The translations under genes and the position numbers were made by a program. Below the pieces are notes generated by a model that made no database searches, was not told where the DNA came from, and saw only the letters and a program-made list of their open reading frames with translations. From positions 139,810,001 through 139,874,000 of the forward strand of contig NC_042999.1 of the NCBI RefSeq assembly GCF_006345805.1: a stretch of 64,000 nucleotides of DNA, read 5' to 3'. This DNA is from Octopus sinensis (taxonomy: Eukaryota). This document shows, one piece after another, positions 54,431 to 64,000 of this stretch. Position 1 is the stretch's first letter; every line of letters starts with the position of its first letter.

Positions 54431-56854
54431 TTTGCTGTCAAGAGGTGAAAGAACTTCTGGATACACCATATCAAACCATACTATTACTTTTGTGTTGCCT
54501 CAGCTACCTATTAGACACATAGTGCTGTAGGGTTAATCAAACAGAGTGACTTATCAAGTCCAGCACAAAACATTCCAGTATTCAACCAGGTTGTCTGCTT
54601 TAATATCACACACAGTATGCTATTTCGCAGATGGTTTATATTTATGGTGCAGTAATCTAAAGTAGGTACATTTTGTTGGCATTCTGTCCTGCCTGTATCC
54701 ATGTATCTAGAGGGTTAAACAGAATTTGAATAGTTTATAGTTTCATTTTAAGAAGTTTCTAACCACTGTTTTTGGATGTACAATCATATGCACATTGCTC
54801 TGATATGTTAATACAGATATAGACATGAGAAGTGGTCCACATAAAATATGACTCATAAGGATGGCTGCACTACTACAAAATTTCGAATTAATCTTTCATT
54901 AGATGTACCATTCAGAAAGTCTTCTTGGCTGCAAGTTACACATGACTGTGCTAATACATTCAGTCTGTAAGCTGAATCACTATAGTACATTTTGTCTAAC
55001 TGACAACACCCATCTCTCTTTATGGTTGAATGATTAGCGAAATATTCCATCCATGCTAGTTTAGTAATGTAAAATGAATAACAAGGACTGATAAACAGAG
55101 TTTAAGAAGTGGATTTTATAGTATCAAGAAAATAAAAGATATATCTTTTCTTGGAGAATGTCAAACTTAGATAGCATTCATAGATGATCTGCTACCTATA
55201 CTAAAGTGTGTAGAATTAAGTGAACACAATAAAATGCCTGCAGTTGATTTAAACTCAAGATACATGCAGTCATATGCCAACATCATATGCACTCACCCAT
55301 TTTACTACTATAAAGGAGAAAGATTTTGCTTAAATTCAATGCTCTATTAGAGACCTCTTTCTAAATCATAAATACCTGTGGAACTTATCTCCAGTTTCCA
55401 CAGGTTTGATCTATATTCTTGGTTACAATGCTTACAAACTAGTTTTTCCTAGAAGAGAATTAAACTATATCACAAGCCAATGAATCAGTCATCTGTTTCA
55501 AAGAATTGTTGTCTACAGTTGTGAATATACCAAATGATATCGGGTGCCCACTGAGAGCTAGGAACATAAGAACAAGTGAGAAAGGAAAACTGGACATGGC
55601 CAGTCAACATGCTACTAATAGCAGTCAGATCGTCTTCAAAGTATATTCAACTGTTTTAGAAAAATACACAATATTTAAGAGGAAGATGAATAGTTAGTCA
55701 TGCCTAAAATTATCTTTGATCTGCTCAGTCAGGACTGATCTGTAGCCAAACAACGATTCAGTGGACCTAGCCGCTGAAAACCAAGTACCTTGACCATGAA
55801 TGGTTTACATAGTGCTGGCTGTCTGGTATCATGTTGTGAGAGATATCCAGTGAACACTCATTATTTTGTTGCAAAGACAATAATTCTCAGGCAAACAAAG
55901 TGTATACAGTCGTCCCCTTAAAATGATGCACAAATATAGTATTCACTAGAGGGATACAGATAAGTAAACAATCTCTTAGCTTTAACTATCATTGATCAAT
56001 GTTCAGAAAGGCAACATAAAATAATCATATATACGATCCATCGCCTACCAAGTACATACACCAACAATACAGATATATTCTATAACTCAGTACTGAACAT
56101 TTTCACATTCTATTTATCACACGGTATTGTAAACACACAGGAAAAGAACATGTGCCTGTTAATCAAAGACTACAAAAGTTCAAGCCAGTAGTTCCTTTGC
56201 TAAAATCCACATCGTCAACATTTGACGCTGTCTGTCATCAATTATCACTCAGCGACTTCATTTCTCTAATTTTTCGAAAGAAAAGTGTCACTAACCATCA
56301 TCCTGGCCAAAGACAAAAGAGTTTGTACACACGGAAAGGAGTTATAATGTTAGAATGTTGTATTAGACAATTTCTATTGAATAGCTCAACAGAAGTTCTA
56401 TATTATAGCGAAAATTCTGCAAAAATGTTAATCTCGGTGGCTAAATCTATAAAATCCATGTGATAAAAAGTATAAAAACGTGGAAGGAGAGCTGACCGAA
56501 TATCAAAGGAAAAGAGAATAATAGTGTGTATGTAATGAATGAGAGAGAAAAATAAAAACTCAGAGATAGTTATACTTGTAAAAGAGTAACGGAAACAGAA
56601 TGGCAACAGATCGAGTGGACAGAGTGAGATAAGATCAAAGAGGAGGGGTAAATAGCAGAGCGATCGTATTTGAAAGATATTTAGTCTCCGCTACTTCACT
56701 AACTTAGCTAACTAGAGTCTGATCCCGTGTACTAGGTACTTAGTGACTTCTGGAATTGTCATACGGAAATGAGTTAAATTGAAACAAACATTAATGGGTA
56801 TAAGAAAACGGGAAAAAATCAAACAACAATAACAGCACAGAAAATTTATCTTAC

Positions 56855-56925
56855 CTGTGGAAGGAAATGCCGCTTCCAGTCTTGTGTTTACTGCTACAAC
56901 CAAACACAGCACAGAAGTTCACCAT
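56855..56925 (-). CDS. THAP-A exon 1 (MVNFCAVFGCSSKHKTGSGISFH-R), phase-2 donor
   Basis: ATG, C-x4-C, ISFH(R), donor CAG|gtaaga. Joins 52250 as HR|FP, the classic THAP intron position. Not in the ORF track. Confidence 0.9.
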
Positions 56926-58464
56926 CTTTCTACAGTGTTTTCATTCAAAGCAATATGGCTGCCCACATATACATCCAAGCATGTCGGCCGCTCACTCAGT
57001 TGGTCGGTGGGTTGGTCGGCTTAGTTCACTGCTGCTGCTGATCCTTAGGATTTTATTCTTCCTTTCATTTTTTTTGTTGTTCTTTCATTCCATCATTTCA
57101 TTCTTTATTGGTTGGTTTATCTTCCATTCGTTTGGGTGTGTTCTTCAAATTCCATCGCTATTTAATTCAGATTGGTTTGCTTGCTTTCTTATGAGAAAAT
57201 TCCAAAACGGAAGTGTAATCGATTAATGAATTATCTTGTATTTTAACCACTGGAATCGACAACTATCAATGAACCAGCGTAACATATTTATTGAATGGAC
57301 CTGCTCGAGTTTATAAACTTTATAAATTGCTTCAAAAATTGCTGCAGAAAACATTTTGGTGAGATTCTTTCTCTCTTTTTTTTTTTTTTTAGGGGTTTTC
57401 AGAGAGACTAATAAAAAATGAAAACGTTCACATTATATACAGAAAAAGCAATTCTTGTCAATCATCAGAACCACGAACACCACATTAATTATATGTGTTC
57501 ACATGAGAGCATCAGTTCATTTGCTGGCATAGTTTTTCATTTCTCGCAGTCAAAATACAAGATAACGAAATACACTTCCATTCGATCTTTGACTACGGAT
57601 CGATTTTTTAATTTTTCAGGGTCATTTCCTTTACAACGAAGAAAATTAACTTTTATTAATTATGAATACACCTCATAACAAACACGTGTGGAGCAAAACA
57701 TTAAAAAAATCTAAGCATCGAATAAGATCATACATAGTGATTCCAACGATCTTAAAATGCTGGAAGATAAAATTCAGCAAACATTTTCCAAGCACTGACA
57801 TAAAAACGCAGATAGGTGGGTATTAAGCCAAAAACATCATTACACTTTAAATCAAATAAAAAAAACATTTCTTTCTCTAGAATGTCATATTTTAGAAAAA
57901 AATATCAACAATAAATATATGATATCTATATTTTCAATCTGATTCATGCTATCATCATCCAAAAGCAAACAATGTTCATATCCTCATGTTCTATTGAACA
58001 GAAATGTCTTAAACCTACATAAGTAGAGCTTTATAGAGGTTGTAAAAACAACTAGGATCCTTCGCAATTCTAACAGAACAGTTACGCAACTGCGACGACC
58101 TTTATACACAAGTGGAGGTGAGGTGAGGATGATTTTTATTAATTTCGAACAGATAAAACGAAAGTAAAGCGGTCAAGGATTTGTTGCAATTACGTCGCCA
58201 TCCTGTTTATTCATTTCACAACACAATAACTACCTAAGAACATTACACGATTGTATAAACAAACAGTTGATTTTACATCAACAATAATTGTTGGATTTTA
58301 TTTTGCTTTTCATAAATCAAAATTCATCCAAAAATCCAATACTTAAAAAAAAACAAAAAAAACATCTAGACTGCAACTACTCGTTATTGCCGAATCAATC
58401 GATTATATTCTCAACTTCAGCAATGTTAGAAATTATCATTATTAATTCGGAAGTGTAAACTCAC

Positions 58465-58696
58465 CTGTAAAAAAATGAACACATGGCATATCGATTCTGT
58501 CAGTACTTTTCTTACCGCGATTAGAACATTTTGTCGGTGGCATATTCCGGAGTTCAGCTTCCTTTTTTCTCCAGTCCCGAACAAGTTTTTCATTAACACT
58601 AAATTGTCTCCCGGCTTCAGAATTATTGGTTTTCAGAGCCAGCATCACAACTTGTAGTTTAAATTTTGAAGTATATTTCATTCGTTTAAAACCCAT
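58465..58696 (-). CDS. First coding exon: Brinker-type DNA-binding domain (pogo/POGK-like), two alternative phase-1 donors (58516 and 58465)
   Basis: KRMKYTSKFKLQVV.LA..TNNSEAGRQFSVNEKLVRDWRKKE.EL..MP.TK..NRG. Donors CGCG|gtaaga and ACAG|gtgagt. Confidence 0.85.
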
Positions 58697-58914
58697 TTTT
58701 ATTCAGATTTGTTTCCGTTTTCGAAGTAGCGCAAATATTTCCCTAACCTGAGTTAATTGATTTCAGTTTGTTGAAAGTTCTATTTAGAAAAAAAGCTAAC
58801 GATTTTTCATCCGTGCAAGGAGAAATCACTTCCTCCTTTCACTGCATCTTTCCGAATGATTTCTAACTTAAAAAAAAAACAATAACAAAAAAAAAAACAC
58901 GAAGCTTGTTTTAA

Positions 58915-59014
58915 CCGGAAGTTCGGATTGCGTCTTACATTCCTAAGTCTTTTATAATGTTTGAAAATATCGAAAAGAATGAGAAGATGAATGGTTATTA
59001 TAAAAATGGCTGCG
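58915..59014. promoter_or_regulatory. CpG-retaining promoter region with ETS-type CCGGAAGT (58915-58922) and YY1-like AAAATGGCTGC (59003-59013)
   Basis: Motifs read directly, 220-320 bp upstream of the Brinker-domain ATG. Confidence 0.45.
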
Positions 59015-59216
59015 AAGTTCTCATAAACTATTTATCGATCACTTTCTGTCTATTACAATTGGTGTTTGAGATTAAGAGGAAATGTTTATTCATTGGATGA
59101 ACAATGCCTAATATGAAATGGAAATTTGAATCTTGTAAGTCGATTGTTTAGAAGGGAATTTCGAGTTTTAATCTCTATTTCATGCAATACAATCAATTCT
59201 GAACATTATACATACA

Positions 59217-59250
<34 letters not shown>

Positions 59251-61055
59251 ACAAGAGAGAGAGAGAGAGAGAGAGCGAAATGATCCCTCCCTTCCAATAT
59301 ACTGATAATAAATTTTCCTTTATTTCTACTCGAAGCTTGCAAAGAAATACATTTTCTCATTAAATAGTGTCTGCATTCCTTTTTTATTTGGGTTCCTTAG
59401 CCCGTATTTCCCCCTGTACCAGTTCACTATTCCGATCACATCTCCACCCCTATACACACAATAAGAAAAAAGAAGTCCAATACAATACAATTTATTGCAT
59501 AGGATTGACAACCTTATATTAATTTAACATTAATGTCCTTTAAAAAAAAAATCAACATTAAGGAAAATAAACAGCAAAAAAGGTGTGAATAATGCTGAAG
59601 AATAAAAAAAAATCCACACTGGGAAAGAGAGATAGAAAGAGGGAAAGAGAAAGAGAGAGAGTTGTGAGGTTTTCAGCAAACCCAGGATCCGAACTAGATT
59701 CCCGATGGAAATAGCTGCACAATGTTATTAACACTTGGAAGGGGATAGTCGTAATATCTTTTTCTCATTTCACATAAAACAATTTTTCTAATCTCACCTC
59801 TACAGGACTACATTTCTCTGAAATTCAATTGCATTCTCTTTACCTATTTTATCGAATCTCCATTTAGAAATACTAAAAACTGTTCATTGTTCTCCAATAA
59901 GAAATGTATAATTTGAAAACAGAACCTCCTCAATTAAAAACCAATTAATAAAAGTATCTTCCACCTTATATAGAACATTTAATAACGTGTTAACTCAGCT
60001 CCACATTACTTAGTTTTGTAGGAGCAGGTAAGTGCCTACATCCCATTCTTTTGTTGAGGGTGAGTGTGGATATTGAAATCTTTCTACTTTGCGATATTCT
60101 GTATATTTTATTGTAATGTCTTCGTCAAAGAAGAACTGGGCCCAGAACACTTTTCAGAGCCTCAATAACTGCTTTCAGGAATTTTATCCTCAGATCGGGG
60201 TCCTGGTGAATATTCTCGCAATAGAATGGGCTCCGCTCACTCAAGGTGGGAGTTAAACCGTACAAGAGATTAAGTTTTCCACCCAAGAACAGGAACGGTC
60301 CTTCCAATGAACTTTCACTCAGTTTCTCTCTAACTTCATTCACAACACATTGAAACTGTCAGAAAACCTTTGCCGAAGGTATTGTGTAGAGGAACCTGAA
60401 ACAACGCAGCCACGAAGCGATGCTTCCATTTGCACAGCTATACTCACGCCCACTATATGCTTTGATTGTGCGTCTGCATCGATCAAGAGCTAGACAACTG
60501 TTATTAATCATTCCAGTCCAGTAGATGAGTTAATGATTTTGTTTGGGCGGTATTAAAGAATTAAGTACTCAGAATGAAAGCTGCATCGGAAATGTATGCT
60601 CCTAACGCAAAGTTCCTAAGTCACCCTTTCAGTTCGTTTCTAAGTTTTCTGGGAAAAGACATAACGAATTTCTCCCACCCTCTTTAAGCAAAGTCTATGC
60701 AAAGATGAACAGTTATAAATCCGTATTTTGCGCGAACTAACCTGAAGTTTGTTTATAAATCCATATTATTGGAGAAAAAAGAAAACCGGAGGCAATTGTT
60801 TACTATTAACGGGCTTGTTTACATTTGAACATGCGTTGCCAAAATCATTAAGACGGGATTTTATGATCCAAAGTAGTCACCATTCTACATTTACTTTCAA
60901 GGAAATGTACTTAGGAATACAGTATCCAATGAGTTCTTCCTTTATTTAAGACCGTGCCGTGTTCATTTGAAGGAAATAAGGATATCTTTAGCAGGTTGGG
61001 GCCCTGCATCGGGTTGCGTCATTCCTTGAAGTAAGACATACTGCTATAACTTCTG

Positions 61056-61094
61056 TGACGTCATGATAACTCGAATCTTAATCTGACCAATCAG
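61056..61094. promoter_or_regulatory. CRE palindrome TGACGTCA + CCAAT box
   Basis: tgacgtca at 61056-61063 and gaccaatcag at about 61085-61094. Confidence 0.45.
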
Positions 61095-61306
61095 AATGAG
61101 GTAGAAGGTTCGAAAAATTAAGCATCATTATAGAGATGGTGTTGGCGACACAGTGCTGAGTGAGAGAAGAAAACAGCACGAATTGGATAACTATGAACAA
61201 ACGAAACAAAGCAGAAAGGAAGAAACAATATAGATGGACTACGAATTATGCTCATGAACTGAAGAAAAAAAAAACATAAAGCAGGTTTCATAGATAGTTT
61301 CTTTAC

Positions 61307-61547
61307 CAAGGTAAATCGTTGGGAGATCATAAGGACTTTCCTTACGGTTGTTCCAGAAATGCCTGCTGCACACCCGATGGTCACGACTTATGTGCTTTAC
61401 TTCTTCGTAATTATTTGGGTCATAGCCAGCTCGTCGCATCCACTCATTTCTTAAATGGATATTTTTCCATGGCAGACGGTAGAAGCTAATCGGTCCACCT
61501 TTCTTCTGAAGGGACCGACAGCCTTTCACTATACATTTGGTTGGCAT
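61307..61547 (-). CDS. THAP-B first exon: complete THAP domain in one exon (80 aa), phase-1 donor
   Basis: MPTKCIVKGC...ISFYRLP...RNEW...RVCSRHF...LPTIYL. Donor CTTG|gtaaag; the read-through is low-complexity intron. Confidence 0.88.
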
Positions 61548-62169
61548 TTGTAGCAAACCGCAGAATAAAACCAGTTATGCAAATCAGTGAACCTACATGA
61601 ATTTTTCTAAATTTCGAGATGACATCTGCAACAGCAAAAGGAAAAATACCCTAAAGATATGTCGTGTAAACCACCAATCTACCTGCTTCTGATTGGTTGG
61701 TTGATAGAACTATTTAAACAGCATAGAAACTCACTAACACCCGCATCTTTTCAAAATTCCACCTTAATTTAGAATATATTAAGAATAGCAATCACAAAAA
61801 ATAATTCTTAAAATAGAGCGTATATTTTAATCTACAAGTAGAATTGATAAATTTCCGTTTGTCGCGATTAAATTTATAATGTTCAAATCACAAATTCTTA
61901 CAGAGAGAAACAATGGAAGATATAACAAGTACTTAATGTAATTCTTTTCTTAAGATCACAGAAGGATTGATACATTATTCAGTCGTTAATACACACTAAA
62001 CACCTTACGTAATAATTATGTAATTAAACTGACTGAAACAGATATACCTCACTGAAACTATATTTTTAGGATTGATAAAATTAATAACAAAAGTGCCGAT
62101 GTTCATGCAAAATAATAATAAAAAAAACAATTTTTACAATCACTTCAGTAATCCACTTTTTCAATGCGG

Positions 62170-62580
62170 TCGTCGTCGGCATTAAATCATATCCAAGTAG
62201 TTAATCTGTAGCGAGTGATTAGGCCTCTTTATCCTGATGGCTAGGAAGGGTGCCGATGCCCGAGTACCTGTTCAGGTATAGAAGGGCAATTATCGCAGAG
62301 GATTGGTCGTCGGTGGGTGGGTGGGAGTCACTGTTTGCGTCTTCGACGTCTGATCTCTACCTCTTGATGCCTGTTATTTTCCATCTGGTTCGTTCCCTCG
62401 ACGATGACATGCTGCCACTTGGGCGGTCCTTGGCGATTCTCTCCCAGGTATTTGGGTCAATGGAGCAGCGGAGGAGAGTAGCTTTAAGCTGGTTTCGGAA
62501 ATGGTCTGGTGCTTGAGGCCAACTCCACAAAGAGGAATTGGCGGGTGAGGGGAATTTGAGGTATACGTATGAAGCGGAGG
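62170..62580 (-). mobile_element. RTE LINE 3' end
   Basis: FRNQLKATLLRCSIDPNTWERIAKDRP...ENNRHQEVEIRRRRRK...CDNC...H, then a short repeat tail. Confidence 0.8.
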
Positions 62581-64000
62581 AGCAAATGTTTTTGTTTTGA
62601 AACGTATTGCATCATAGACTCTATAAAAGTCAGAACTACAATTTTAACTTCGGGCTCATATTTTTAAAAATTAACTCTAAGGACACCAAACCTATACAGA
62701 ATACAAATATATGAGACCAAAACCTACAAATTACTTAATGGTATATATACAACAAAGATATATTCTCTCAGTCACCCACGTTTATAATTGTAGAAGATAT
62801 CACTCAAATCCTGCCATTTCTAAACATCAGCTCCAACCACTTAGTTGTTTCCAAACAATTAAATGAAAAGAAGCACATACCAGTTCCACTGCTTCCCTTA
62901 CCAGCAAAATCAAATAAAAATATCCATCATACTCAATATCATAGATACACAGAAACAAAAATATCAGTAATTGTATGTAATGCCTCGAAGATATTTATAG
63001 TACAAATAGTAGACAGTCAAGAAAGCAAAATGCTGTGCAAACATTACTCAGAAGTTCTCTGCAGTCAAAGACCAGTAGATGTTCAACATTAACATCAACT
63101 GCATTCATCTCACCAGTCTATGAGCACCTGCAAACCTTATGACCACTACCTATTTGATTAGCCCTTAAAAAATTGTTCAACACTAATCCTGCAAGTAATA
63201 CATTAGATTAATCACAGATTTATAAAAATAGCAACATCAATAGCCTTATTATTGCGGAAGAGCATGCTGAGATGCACATCATGAATGGCAATGCAAAGGA
63301 ACAGCAACTGTCATGAGTCAATTGAGTTTACCTTGACTGTAGTTACTAGAACAGCTCGATTATGTCCATAAACCAATAAATGTCAGAGTGCACAGTATAG
63401 ACCTCAACTAGAGGCAGTAGAATGCACTTAGTGGCTTCAAAACAAAGAATATTTGTTATACACCGTTCTTAAGAGCCACAGACTGGTCATATAGTCTGTT
63501 TGAAATAACAAGAAAATCCCCCCAAATCACACAATATTATCTTACAAAATACTCAATAAATAATGCTGTTCTGAGCCTTCAGTTTAAAGGAAAACAACAG
63601 GTAGGTCATGTTTGGAATAACTCTGGTCATAGATCTGTCTTGATCAGGACTGACTTCGAGTTAAACAACAACAGTTACAGATATAAATCAAGTCCTCAAT
63701 CTAATCTGACATTTAGTCATTATTATATTGATTTCTAATATGGCTACAAAATCACTAATTTTATGAGAGAATATAGTTAATTGTTATAACACTGAAAAGA
63801 TAAAGTGCAAAGTTGATACTGGGGCGATTTGAACCTAGAATATAAGGAAACATAGCTTACATAACTCAAAGCATTTTGTCATAGGCTCTATTGATGAAAC
63901 CATCAACTGTCCTTTAATAATGATGTTTTCTTAACTCATGTACATTAAAAATGTATACTCTGTAGTTCTGGGTTAAAAGGAAAGCTTACTCCTTCAGCAC

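Noticed and set aside
62250-62516. 88-aa GC-rich plus ORF
   Set aside because: It is the antisense of an RTE LINE 3' end.
1-64000. Remaining 60-140-aa ORFs; also searched for tRNA, rRNA, snRNA and CRISPR arrays
   Set aside because: The ORFs arise from microsatellites, SINEs or antisense frames of real exons. The tRNA-like A/B boxes belong to SINE heads without cloverleaf stems. No rRNA, snRNA or repeat-spacer array was seen.

Overview
AT-rich, repeat-dense animal genomic DNA. The SINE/LINE tails ((CAT)n-cgtttaacgtcc...ccatgctggcatgggttggacgg) and tRNA-derived SINEs resemble those of octopus genomes, so the source is most likely a coleoid cephalopod (inference). Most of the short ORFs in the track are noise. 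The real coding signal is mainly on the minus strand. Between 61.5 kb and 31.7 kb lies an array of exons, each encoding only a transposase-type DNA-binding module from a different family: THAP (61547-61307), Brinker/pogo DBD (58696-58465), a second two-exon THAP (56925-56855 + 52250-51979), a Cys/His transposase-like module (43849-43490), a decayed duplicate pipsqueak/CENP-B HTH (37948-37519) and an intact psq+CENP-B HTH (32128-31687). None is followed by a catalytic domain, and every intact one ends at a phase-1 GT donor. Downstream are phase-compatible small exons (9 nt, 42 nt, 50 nt) and a 960-nt terminal exon (19760-18801) encoding an unrecognised protein with about 14 tandem 18-residue, Trp-anchored repeats (SLDRDLEKW-like). 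The best hypothesis is a protocadherin-cluster-like locus, in which variable DNA-binding first exons splice onto one constant region. The alternative is a cluster of tiny independent DBD-only genes. The rest is TE debris (RTE, CR1/L2, Penelope-like, Helitron, Tc1/mariner, piggyBac, Chapaev3, Tigger and hAT MITEs, SINEs), microsatellites and fragments of one or two unidentified genes at the left end. All exon calls are manual; no expression data or database searches were available.
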